Positions 1 through 14,136 of a stretch of DNA of 64,000 nt are shown one piece after another. The notes under the pieces are model-generated. The model did not search any database and was not told the DNA's origin. It worked only from the letters and a program-made list of their open reading frames with translations. How positions within the stretch are numbered: the first letter of the stretch is position 1; each line of letters begins with the position of its first letter. Location: NCBI GenBank assembly GCA_964016885.1, contig OZ024741.1:135036001-135100000 (forward strand). The letters are read 5' to 3'. Made by a program: the position numbers and the translations under genes. Source of the stretch: Eledone cirrhosa (lineage: Eukaryota).

Positions 1-3000
1 TCACATGTTTTCATGTTTAATGGGAGGTTTTGTTTGTATTGGGTCTCCATCGGTTCCGACGATGAGTGTTCCAGTTATTTTATCAACAGGACAGAATGCT
101 TGTGAAATTGACGTGCAAGTGACTGAGCATTCGACAGACACATAAATCTTTAACGTTGCCCTTTGAATTACTGTTTCAGATCATATCCTCCAAGTAGAGT
201 GGATTGGAGCAACATGAAATAAAGTGTCTTGCTCAAGGTCGTAACGTATCCCCGGGAATCGAACTCACCCCGGTGAACCGAGTACCCTAACTACTAAGCC
301 ACGTGTCATCACAATAAGAACATTTACTATGTTATTATGTTGTTATTTAAAACTTAAATGTCGTCAATTTGTATTTTTTCTCTAGTTATTGCGGTGTTAA
401 TGTCAGCTTGGAAAAGATCGATTCATCACTTGACGATCCTGAGTGGTTTGTTCTTTGTATTCAATCATTTCTTTCTTTCATTTAACAAGGCGATTTGGAG
501 TTTTTTCTTATTCTGTGATCGCTACATTTAACCTTATTAATTACTTCAATGTTTTCAACAATGTCTATTTCTTATAATATAATCTTGGTGAGTTGGCAGA
601 ATCGTTAAGGTGGTGGAAAATGTCTCGGTATTTGGCCCGGTTCGCTGCGCTGTGATTTTAAACCCCATCAAAGTTAACTTTGCTTTTCATCTTTTCGAGA
701 TTGATAAATACCAGTCCTGTATTGAGGCAGATTCTTCCACTATATCTCTCTTTATCCTTTTCTCTCTTTACCATTTTCTTTCTTTCTTTCTCTCGAAGAA
801 ATCGATCGGGATCAAACCTGGAGAGGGATGGGCCCCACCAGGTTTAAACTCGTATGTCAGGAAGGTGCTCCTACTACGGCATCAGAAGTCAAAGCCCCTT
901 TCCTTTTCATTCATTTCCTTTTTAATCACATCGAAGTTTTCATAGTTCAGATTTCTCTGGGTTCTTTTATCTCATGTCTCCTTTTTGAAGTGGGTATTTT
1001 CTATTTTAGGTCTTGGTGAGAAGAAATTGTTTGATTTTGTGAACAGCATTTCTTTCACTTTGTGAGAATTTTCACAAGCAACTCTTATTTCATGGACATG
1101 TTTTTGCGGTTCTGTTTCTAAATATGATGGCACCATGTTTTGCGATGATCAATTGATTTGTTATTCTCTTCATAGAATACTTCAAGTCCGTCTTGTAGGA
1201 ACTTGCAATGCTGATGTATATATGGCCCGCAGACATAACTCTGCTTTTCACTATATTGAGCAATATGTAACAATTCCTTTTTACACCGAAAATATATAGT
1301 GCAGGGTTACACAGTTCTTTGAGGACATTAGCATGGATTTAGTAAAAGACGCATAATCCATGAAAGGAAAGCTATATTTAAGAAAAGCATGGCGTGAATA
1401 ATCTTGAGACTCTTTCTGATGTATCAACTCAATGAATCCGCTGTTTGCATCGATGACTGATTCAATACGAGGTCTGAAACGTTGACATGCTCGATTCAGA
1501 TGATTTTATCTATTTGGGACATTGAACTAGTTATGGCGGACGTTAGATATTTTATAGAATTATGGGGGCATGGATTAACTTCTCTCTCGACCATGTCCCA
1601 TACATATTAGTCAAGCAGATTCATGTTGGGAGAACTAGGAGATCATATGTTTGAGGTGACGTGATTGTGGAAATTGTAACATCCATTCTTGGATCATCTT
1701 AGACTTATAAGAAAGTGTAGAGTTTTGATGGTATGTGTACGGTTTTCCTTTGCACATGCAAAGGAAAACCTCACAGTCCTTTCCAATGTCTTCTTATAGT
1801 CTGTATAATTAACCCTTAAAATCCGTGGAAAGAAGTGAGGAAGCATTACATCACTTCCGTTGCTCAAGGCTCTCATCACAGTTGCCATGTATGTGCGCGA
1901 GCGCGTGTATTTATCTTACAGTTATCTGTATGTATGTGTGTCTAATAATTTTTTACTTGTCTGCTTCATACGATTACACATAAAAGAAAATGAAAATATA
2001 TGAAAATATTGATTGTGAACTATGCGATATAGATAAAGTATTTAAACCCTCTCTTTTCTTTTAATCAATTCTCTTTCTCTCTCAATCAATTCTCTTTCAC
2101 TCTCACTCTCTCATCTTCTCTTCCTCTTCCATTCTATCACCTTTACTCCTTCTCACACTCTCTTTCTCACCTTCACTCGTTCTTCCCCCTCTCTTTCCCT
2201 TTTCTTTCTCTCCATCTCTCTATTCCCTCTTCAAATTCCTCATTTTTAATTTTCCTTATATTTCCTTCAAATTGTAATCTTAATCTTAATCTTTACTTGG
2301 TAATCTTGCGTGCAAATTATTCAGTGCTGGAGCTTAAACCTGTTATAACGAACTCATTAACATATTTAGGCTGGTGTTTATATGTTGTTGTTACCTAATT
2401 TCTTTTTTTGGTGGTGGAGGTTTATCTCAGATGGCATGATGACACAGCCTATTGTACATCATGCGATGGCTGGGTAGAGATAGCGTTATTGTACGTCACG
2501 CGCTGTTAAGGTAGAGAGAAGCCAAGAGATCAGAAAAACCAAACATGTCATCTACATATTTCATTCACACAATAGGTGGTATTGTTAATCTACGTTCGAT
2601 TGCTTTATTGTTTTGCGCCTCCCTCTCAATCTTTGCATTTGTGTTAACTTTTTCCTCAATCTGAATATTATTTTAATCAGGTGAATGAAGAATGAAATAA
2701 GATAAACGGAAAATCTGAACATACGGATTTGTGTCAAATAAGATACATGTTAAAATATTGATTTCTTTGTTACGTAGTGAGAGACAAGCATTCAGATTTA
2801 TATGTTTCAGGAAATTAGATTTATAGGTGTTGAGAAATGTGACTCCCATCTTGTGTCCATAAACATAAGAAGAAGAAATACAATGTAATGATTTTAACCA
2901 GGAATTGCAGCTGTTACAATAACTCAACTCTTCGGAAGAGTTTACTTGCTACATAGTGGCAACGTTATTTATGGTGTTGCCACTATTTATAGTAGTTCAG

Positions 3001-4056
3001 GTGACCTGGGGTATCTCTTAGGAAAAGATGAAGTGAGGTAAGGTTTTCTTCTATAAACAGAAAAAAAACGGAACAGCAGTCAACAGTACCACCCCCATTG
3101 AAAAAAACAACAACAATAAAACTGCAGACGTACGCATACTTTCCGAGAAATAATAGTAAATGACTCCAGACATTAAAGCACTCAACTTCTTGAAAGAAAG
3201 AGTGCTGCTTTAATAGTGAGCATTTTATGTATTTATCGATACTGTAAAATATCTTATCAGAATCTTTAACAATTTCACTAATTCACCGTCGCCGGACTGG
3301 TACTTTATTTATCGTCCCCGGTGTGAGGAAAAGCAAAGTTGACATCGGTGGGATTTGAACTTCGAGTGCAGAGAGCTGGAACAAATACTGAGATATTTAA
3401 TCGACAGTCTAACGGCTCTGCCACCGATTTATCGAAATTGCATAGGATTTTATGTTTTATATAATAAGGTATAACTATAACATTAGGCGGCTTCTTTCAT
3501 GTTAAACATTCTTAGTAGACAGTTACCAGCTTGTAGACAGTCTTTATTTTGTTTCTACCTGAGAAGTCACCATATTGTTTCTCCCATATTGTTAGACAAC
3601 AGAAGATGGACGCGGGAGGCTCAATCAACAAATAGTGGTGTGGAGAAATTGGAATGTGACTAAAAGAAATGAATACACACTCAATGAACTGTCCTTGAGA
3701 AAAAGTTCGTTTTAAAGTGTTATGATGAAAGAAAAATGTCATCAATTTTATATTTACATGTAATTTGATTCTTGATTTGTATTTAAAATATTAAAAGAAT
3801 TTTTGTTTAAGATATCTGCTATTTCTTTAAATTTGATAAAACTTTTTATTTCGCTTTGATTTTCCCTATTTTAATAATATGTATAGTAAAAGTTATTGCA
3901 ATTTTCCCATGAAATATAATCAAATGGGGAAAAAATGTTATTCATCATAAGTGAAAACGAACAAAAGGGAATTTACCAAAAGTAAAAACAGAATTAAAGA
4001 AAATTTTAAACAGAAAATTTGTCCCCCTACATTTTGTACTAATTCACATATCCCAC

Positions 4057-4127
<71 letters not shown>

Positions 4128-4184
4128 TACACACACACATATATATATATATACATTTTGATAGAAAAAATAAAAATAAACTGG

Positions 4185-5150
4185 AGCTTGTTAGCAGGTT
4201 AGCATTATGACTGGAATGATTCTCTGATCTCCGAGATATGCACTCTATCGAGTAACGTTACTCCAAAGACCCTACAGAGGACCCCATTTCTGCCGCTTGT
4301 ACTCGTGATTGTATTCTTTCGGTCATTACCCAAGATGCATGGCCATAGGTAAGGGTTGGCACGAATACCGACTTGAAGATAGCAAGTTGGGCTTTTACAC
4401 CTACCTCTCTTCTTCTGATGACCGAATGCTAAAGCCGGCGCATTACTACACTAACTCCTGTAAATTCTTGCACTGAATTCAGTCTCCTGCCTTCCATCAC
4501 TCATGAAGATGGCCCCGAGATACTTCAACTTCTCTAACTGCTTTGGTTCATGTAAAGTGCCCTGCGCAGGCTTCGTTGAGAGGACAAGTATCTCAGTTTT
4601 CGCAGCACTGATTTTCGGAAACAACCTTCTGTTGAGTTAAGTAACACCATGCTGTCTGCAAAATCCACTTCCAACTCAGCTGCGCATTCAATCCTGTTCA
4701 TGAAAATAACGAACAGGAGAGGTGCCAATACGCACTCTTGGCGGAGTCCGACTCCCGCATTGAATGGTTTCGATTTTGGTACCATTTATCCAAATACAAA
4801 TAGTCGGGCATTCGTATAGAGACATCAGGGCAGCAAGAAGCTGACCATCGATTCCATACTCCTGCATAACCTTCCACAGCAAGTCCCGAGGAACGCAGTC
4901 ATATGCCTTTTCGGGGTCTACAAAACAAGTATATACCTCTTGGCAATACTCCCATAATTTCTTGAAGACCTGCCGCAGTGTGAATATTTGGTCTGCTGTG
5001 CTGCGTCCGGGCTAAAACGCACTGTTCATCAGCTAGCTTGAACTAAAAAATCTCCCTGCATCTCTTTACCAGGCACTTAGCATAGGCCTTACTGAGGGAG
5101 GCTTAACAAGGAGATCCATCTGTAATTGGAACAATCTCTCTTGTCACCTT
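4185..5150 (-). mobile_element. RTE-type LINE RT fragment, degenerate
   Basis: FVDPEKAYDCVPRDLLWKVMQEYGIDG, GLRQECVLAPLLFVIFM and FAD motifs. Confidence 0.85.
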
Positions 5151-5194
5151 TTTTGCCATTGCTTAGGTGCCTTTCCAGAGATCTAGGCCACCCG

Positions 5195-5566
5195 GCACAC
5201 ACAAATGTTGTGGAAGGCTATGCAGGAGTATGGGATCGATGGTCAACTTCTTTCTGCCTGATGTCTCTATAGGAATGCCCGAGTATTTATGTTTGGATAA
5301 ATGGTACTAAATCGAAACCATTCAATGTGGGAGCCAGACTCCGCCAAGAGTGCCTACTGTCACCTTTCCTGTTCTTCATTTTCATGAACAGGATTGAATG
5401 CGAAGCCCAGCAGGAAGTGGTATCACAACTGGTGGATTTTGCAGACGACATGGTGTTACTTAACTCAACAGAAGGTGATCTCCGAAAATCAGTGCTGCGA
5501 AAACTGAGACACTTCTCCTCTCAACGAAGTATTCGCAGTGCACTCTACGTGTACCGAAGCAGGTAG
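5195..5566 (+). mobile_element. Inverted second RTE fragment
   Basis: LRQECLLSPFLFFIFM...DFADDMVLL; reverse-complement similarity to 4535-4885. Confidence 0.82.
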
Positions 5567-5749
5567 AAAGACAAACCACAAAACCTCCATCTGAATTTAC
5601 TTTTGAAAATCATAAGAACTGTGAAACCGGTAAAGGAAACAAATAAATATTCTTAAAAAAAATTCCGATTTCTCTTCCTTATACTTTCACCCGTGTAGGT
5701 CAAATCGTTTTTTCTTTTTCTTTTTTTTTAATAAAAAAACCCTGATTTT

Positions 5750-5806
<57 letters not shown>

Positions 5807-5989
5807 TCCCGTAAGGTTGAATAAAACTTTAGGCAGTATTCGGCAGCGCTTTCTAGCAACCAGCCTACTCGCCGTCAGGCACCAATCACAAACTTTCTGA
5901 CTTGACCACTGGCCATGTGACAATTCTTAGCCATTTTAAATTCGTTTCTGGCGGGGATCATGTAAGAAAAATCTTTGTCCAATTGAGTT

Positions 5990-6074
5990 TGTTTCCTGAT
6001 GATTTCGAAACTCGTTGATTTATCCATGATCGGATATTTCCAAAAAGCGAATGAAACCTTCGGAGGTAGAAACA
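5990..6074 (+). ncRNA. Type I hammerhead ribozyme motif with 50-nt stem II
   Basis: tgtttc-CTGATGA-tttcg...cgaat-GAAA-cct tcgg agg-TA-gaaaca; 6-bp stem I, 4-bp stem III with tetraloop, GUA site. Confidence 0.85.
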
Positions 6075-6364
6075 TGATTTTGGTATGTTTATGTATATTT
6101 TTTCTTATAACTTTGATTTTGTACCTAATTGTGTATGGTTAACTATATGTCTAGTCAATTTCTACGGGCTATTAGAAATACTAGGTAAATCTTCTGTGGC
6201 TGTGGATCGCGGATAAAATAGCTATCATTTATTTATCTATTGTTTCTTCATAGGTACATTTTAAACTTATAGCCTCGTTTAATTGATTTTTATGTGGTTG
6301 ATTATGGTGATTGGGAGAAGAAATACCGTATATATTTTATCAAATGATTCTATGGACTTACTTT

Positions 6365-6469
<105 letters not shown>

Positions 6470-6489
6470 TTACATATGTATATATATAT

Positions 6490-7499
<1,010 letters not shown>

Positions 7500-7751
7500 G
7501 AATACAAAACGAAAAATCAGTGATGCATCTGAACTCAATTTATTGTGTTTTACAATTGTTTCCCCGGCGGACAGCTCGAGACGCGATCATTGTGTGGATC
7601 TGTCTGATTCTGGACCCGCAGGTTCAATGATTCTGGACCCGCACGTCTAATGATTTCGGACCATATTCTCTCATTCTATCATACTCTGCTCTGTAAGAGC
7701 ATAGAGTGCTCAACCGGCATACCGCCTATGGAAACATCTTAGCTACCATCA

Positions 7752-7838
<87 letters not shown>

Positions 7839-8026
7839 GTGTGTGTGTGTGTTAAGATAACTAAAATATTTAATCGACGTCTAGTAATATATCCATAATT
7901 TATTAACACATCTGCAATATTACATCATCATTACAATATCAGTTTCCATTGACTCCGTCACGCTTCTCTCTTCTCTGAGTGATTTATCCACAACCAATAT
8001 CATAATCTAATATATTTACACATTAT

Positions 8027-8066
<40 letters not shown>

Positions 8067-9394
8067 CTGTCCCTCCTCCACTATCTCCCTGTCTCCCTCT
8101 CACTCTCTCTCTCTATCTGTCTTTCTCTCTCATTCTGTCATATGAATACATTACACTAAGTATTGGTTGTTGACGAATCCCTATTAGAATATCATGAAGA
8201 GTGAGACATGTCGTATTGGATGGAAATTGATATTATAATGATGATGTCATAATGCAGATGTGATAATGAATTATGAATAGATAACTGTAGGATAATTTAA
8301 TGAATATTAAAATAGATGTGAATAACCTTTGGAAATTTGTAAAGACTGTCTAAAGTGAGTGTTGTAATGTTGAAATATCTGTCTCGAGCCCGAAGGCTCA
8401 CCAGGCCAGTGCTTATCTCGGTTCTGTTACGTTAAGCGACTGAGAGTACGAGACTCTCCCCTGGATAGCACGCCAGTCCATTGTAGGGTTAACCCCCCAG
8501 GTACTGCTGGTACTCATTTTCAGCTGAATACACTGGAGCAAAGTGAAATGAAGTGTTTTGCTCAAGAACACAACACAACACACAACCCAGTCGAGGAATG
8601 GAACTCATGACATTATTATCGTAAGTCCAACACACTTACCACTAGGCCACGCGCTCCCACAGTGTTGGAAACTAATTGTTGTTGGATCTCCGTCAGTTTC
8701 TACCACAAGTATTCCAGTTTATGCGATCAACGGAACAACCTGCTCAACAAATTAACATACAAGTGACTGACCATTCCAATAACACGTGTACCCTTAATGT
8801 AGTTCTCAAGGAGAATCAGTGTGACACGGTGTGTAATAAAACTGGCCTATTGAATTACATACGCAATAAACTTTATCAGTTGAGTGGACTGGAACAACGG
8901 GAAATAAAATGTCTTACTGACGCACTATCATGGACCGAAAAGTCTCTCACTTAAGCCATGAATCATTTATATTGTAGTAAAATAGCTCAAACTATAAACC
9001 ATAGATGTTTATATTAAATGGATCTCGTTGGTTTCGACAATGGTTGTTCAGTTATTCGATCAACTGAACGTCTTCTTCATTGAATTAATAAGTGGTTGAG
9101 TATAGCGCATAACATGTAATGTTAACAAAATTATCAGTTAGAATCAATGTTACACTGTGGGTAATAAAACAGTTTCTCTCTATACAAGGCTTGGACCGAG
9201 CCGATATTACAGTAAAATACACTTGTCCAATATGCCACGTAGTGGAATTGAATCCGGGAACTCATGATTTCAAAGCGAACTTCTTAACCATTCTGTTATA
9301 ATGCGTGCGTTTAAGGTCGTTGGGGTCGAATTGTCTGCATTCGTTTTCCATTTTCTCTTCAAATATTATTGAGACTCACGTAGTCATTATTATT

Positions 9395-9581
9395 GGATTG
9401 GCAGTATCGGTAGAGAGTCGGACGCCATGCTTTCCAGCATAGTTACGTCCCTTTACGGTCTGAGTTCAAATCCCGCCGAGGTTTACTTTGCCTTTCATCC
9501 TTACGGGGTCGATAAAATAAAGTACCAGTAATACACTGGGTAATTGCTGGCCTTGTGCCTAAAGTAGAAACAATTATTATT
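9395..9581 (+). mobile_element. tRNA-derived SINE, young family (representative; others at ~10590-10770 -, 20478-20620 -, 24090-24258 +, 25165-25385 +, 31420-31600 -, 40083-40430 -, 52288-52465 +, 61710-61870 -)
   Basis: A-box-like tggcagtatcggt, B-box gagttcaaatcc, core gcctttcatccttacggggtcgataaaataaagtacc, (TTA)n tail; many near-identical copies. Confidence 0.85.
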
Positions 9582-11066
9582 GTTCTTATCAATGTGTCTG
9601 TGTGTTTGTGCGTACGTTCGACCTCCGTCATCTTCGACGATGAGTGTGCTATTAATGGTAGACGTAGAGATAAATAACAGCAACTACGTACAAAAAATAT
9701 GGTTAATTTACTAGACTACTTACTGTGAATATTACAGTTTTCTAAATATTTACAAAAGTCTACCGACAAAGAATATCTTTGCACCAGACATAAATACTCC
9801 GTAATACTATAAGAAAAAAAAAAAAAACAAAAAAACTGATATTATTTTTTCATATAGTTTATGGCCCTATTACATGAAACTGTCAACATAAGCTGCAGAA
9901 AGTCATTCAAATTTCGCCAGTAGTCTCATAATTACTCATAAATGGAAATATATTCAAAAATATATTCATAAATAGAATTGGGCTTTTACTGAATACTAAA
10001 AACAAAATGTGACAAACACAAACAAACGACAACAACAGCAACAAAAATAATAGAAACTCTTCTTTGATCTGCTAAAATATGGATTTGAGGTGGTATAATT
10101 TTCTGACTTTATAGATTGTTTAAGAGAAGATATATGAAATTATCTTTCGATGTTCTCACCCATAAATCTTTTAGAATATTAGATTACTAAGCTCCTTAAA
10201 AAAATACTGCTTTACTTTTATTGTGGGTAATGATGGCGCCTAAGTATTCGAAGTGACCAGTATGGCTAGATAAGAACATCTCTAGTAGTCTCCATCTTTT
10301 TATATGTCTGCAAAACATGGACACCCACAGCGGAATTACAGAGGAAAATATTGACATGTGGTCAGAATGTCTCAGGAAAGAACCCCTGGACAGATTCTAC
10401 GGGCAAATCTAACCTACAGGAGAATCAGGGGTAGACAGGAGCAAGATAGTTGCATAACACCCATGAGCTCAGCTGGTTACGCTTGGGTATCCAGCTAGAT
10501 GAATTGGAGACGGTTGCTACTGACAGGACCCACTGGAGGGCGTGTTTGAGGACTCTGATCCCACAAGCCTCGCAGGAATAAGTGGAATAATAATTGTTTC
10601 TACTTTTGGCACAAGGCTAGCAATTATCCCAGTACATTACTGGTATTTTATCGACCCCGTAAGGATGAAAGGCAAAGTGAACCTCGGCGGGATTTGAACT
10701 CAGACTATAAAGGGGCGTATATCTATGCTGCAAAGCATGCCGTCCGACCTTCTACCGATACTGCCAAACCCCTTAATAATAATAATAATACTGACATTCG
10801 AAAGAAGATGCGACAGACGAGTGATGAGTATCTCCTATATAGAACTTATAAGAAACGAAAGGTTTCTCACTGCAATTAGGCAAAATGTGGAAAAATACAG
10901 AGGCCTGCTATCTACTATAAAACAAAAATGAAATGATACGACCACATGATCTGATGGATTGACCAAGACGATGCACAAAGGAAACAGAATACGATGGCGT
11001 TAGAAGAAAAAATAGGCGGATAACATCACGGAATAGACGGGTAAAGACTTTGCGACAACCCTGGCT

Positions 11067-11218
11067 CCCACGATCCATGAAAAAGGTGATGCACTGCTCC
11101 ACTCTGCAGCACTAACACGACCCGAAAAGGAGAAAGTACACTGCTCTACTTTGCAGCATTCCCACGACCCAAGAGGGAGGAGGTACACTGCTCCACAGTG
11201 CAAAGCTCCCACGATCCT
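11067..11218. repeat. ~45-bp diverged tandem repeat, ~3.3 copies
   Basis: cccacgacc...gtacactgctccac..tgca recurs. Confidence 0.75.
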
Positions 11219-11968
11219 GATAGGTAACAGGATAGTTAACGGTAGCATTAACGCCATAACCATGTTAGCGGCAAATTAGTAGAGTTTTTAGAACATTAGA
11301 TTAAACGCCACAGTACTTTTTCCGACTCACTGCACCCTGACTTCAAATATCGCCGAGGTCAACTTAGTCTTCCATTGTTTCGAGAGCGATAAATATAATA
11401 CCAGCTCAGGAGCGGTGGATTTGCTGGATTTTAAAAGAGTCGGAGAAGATGCTTTGTGTCACCTGTTCTAGCTTTGTATGATTTCCTTTCGAACCCCACC
11501 ACTTTTGACCAGGAGCTGTGACTGACAAATAGAATCAGAAATGTAAAGACCAATGTAAGCATTGTTTCCTTGGTCTGATCTGACGATCAAATTCAGTAAA
11601 AATTTTTTTACTTAGATGAAGGCAATTCTAATAATGTTAAAAATCACATTGCGACACATCATCCACTCGCAGAAAGGTAACCAGTTGAAATTCATACAAT
11701 AATTACAGATAAAATTATACAACTCTCAATTTTGAAACGTCTAATATTTTCCAGTCAACTAAGATAAACTAATACTGAATATTTGAGCTCTTTCATGTTT
11801 CAACATTAATGCAGTTAATTTACTGTCATTTCACAATATCTAAGGTGGTATCTTCGATGAGATATTGATAAAAAAAACAAAAACAATATTATATTGATTT
11901 TCTAATATATCGGTAATGCTGCAGTAACAGCAATGTATCTCCACGTGGTTTATACGCAATGAAGACCT

Positions 11969-12046
<78 letters not shown>

Positions 12047-12313
12047 CATATTATATATATATAATATGATATATATATGTAGATATATATATATATATAT
12101 AGATAGATAGTTACATATTATATTATATATATATAATATGATATGATATATTAATATCAGTACCCATACATAGTCGTTCATCTTACTGATTAACGTATGT
12201 GTGCACTGAGTAATGGGTTTGTATTTCTATAGTACAAAAGATATTATATCATTGAGTGGGTAAGAGACGGCCAAAGCTGTACCGATTCCCTTCGAATAGC
12301 TTCGTAAGCATAT

Positions 12314-12357
<44 letters not shown>

Positions 12358-12396
12358 TAAATATGTGTGTATGTGTAGTCTTGTAGAAGCCATTTC

Positions 12397-12438
<42 letters not shown>

Positions 12439-13173
12439 GAAAACACAGGTAAGCATTAAGAGAAGGATTTTATCCAGGTATTTACGACCGTTTCATTGGT
12501 AAGTGCAACCTTATATTGCTATACTGCAAATAGCAGCCACTCAATTATAATTGTTGTTCACAGTCCAAATTTTCAAAATAGTGAGCAAGTTACTCTTGAA
12601 ATAATTCTTAATATATAGAGAAAAACATTTATTTGGAATTGTATTTACTAGTATAGAGAGAGAGGAATCAGAAGGGGAGGGGACAATCGGAATAGTATAG
12701 AGAGAGAGGAAGAGGGAAGAGTTAGGAAGTAGAGTGACAAACTGAGATGGAGGGAGGGGTAAAGGTGGAAGGATTCCTTGATCAGTTTTGATATGTAGAC
12801 TTCATGTCGTGAAATGTAGTGAGTTAAAGAGAATTAAATTGATCATAGTGGGAGGGATAGATAGATAGAGAGAGAGAGCAGGGGAGAGATATAAAGAGAT
12901 AAATACATATATAACAAATAAAGATAAAGATAATAATGACAAAAATAAAAGCAAGGAAGGGGGGAGAAAGGAGAAAAGAAAAGATAGCCAAAAAGGGGGA
13001 GGGAAGGAAGGAAGAAAACGAAGAAATAGAAGAGGAACTGGATCACAAAAAGCAATTTTCTGCTTCTCTAACTATATATATAGTGGTAGAACACTGGAAG
13101 TAATATGCGTAGCGGTAGAGCACTCAGTCCTTGGGACGAGTTAGGTAGAAGTGGTTACACAACAGTTAGTTCA

Positions 13174-13223
13174 CCATACCGAGAACAATTGTTTCTCCTT
13201 AGCGGATCTTCAGCTCGTAATGG
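13174..13223 (-). ncRNA. Minimal type I hammerhead ribozyme in the inverted PLE arm
   Basis: Minus strand CGAG-CUGAAGA-UCC gcuaa GGA-GAAA-CAAUUG-UU-CUCG; stem I cgag/cucg, palindromic stem III. Confidence 0.85.
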
Positions 13224-14136
13224 ACATGGTTATACGGAACAGGAAGGACAATCGTACGAACGCGTATGCGCAGAAACGATCATTTCACACAGGCAATACT
13301 AAATTGTGTGCGAGAGGTGTAAGGAGATCACTGCGACAGTCCGAAAGTTTCTAGTTGATAAGAAAATGAGGATGTTGTTGTAATTCAATCCGGGGTTTTG
13401 TAGTTATGTAAGAGGTGTTTCCAGACGTGTGGACAACGTGTGAAGAATTCATGTTTTGAGTTTATGAAATCACTATTGCGTAATCTCTTTAGAATATTTA
13501 TTCGTTAATCAATACATAGTCCACACGACGGATTGACCCTTGCGTACGGCTTGGAGTTAGTGATGGCTTTCCATTGAATGGAGTAGTCTATACTTGAGTC
13601 CTTGAGGGACCATACGTGGCTCGCGAGTTTCGTGGATGAACGTCTGTCCGGGTACCTAAAGGTCGACTGATGGTTAAGGAAGCGTTCCTTACATCGGCCC
13701 TCCGCCATACCCACATAGGATTTGACCTCCTGTGGTTGATTTGGTCGGTTGGAGTGACCACAGCTTCATAAACTACAGCGGGTGTGTTGCATTGCTGTTA
13801 AAGGGGACAAGATTTGGGCTTACGGCAAGAGCACCCTGGTGGGCGTTGCTCTTACGGTTGTTGGTGATGTGGGCCTTCATGTTCTTAGCGCAGGAGTATC
13901 CTAGTTTTACTTTGTGTCGGTTAAAGATGGCGCGGTATTTATGACCTATGGGAAAGTGTCTATCTAAGAGGGCTAGAAATTTTTATCCTACATTGGTTTT
14001 AACGTTGAGTGAGAAGGGAGGAGAGAACCAGATAGTTTGTCTATTGTTACGCTTTCTTTTTTTATTCCTGTTTACCAAAACTTCTCCGACAAGAAGCGGA
14101 AGATGTCGTCAGAGGCTTAAGATAGCGAGCCCTAGC

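Noticed and set aside
790-812. GAAATCGATCGGGA half-HHR-like string
   Set aside because: No core or stem II and no (TA)n context; could be chance
930-1890. Coding-like unique sequence with a 14-bp hairpin at 1741-1770
   Set aside because: Stops in the frames read and no recognisable motif; perhaps an old TE, but not assignable
9395-9480. tRNA-like A/B boxes
   Set aside because: SINE heads with no cloverleaf, followed by the SINE core and tail
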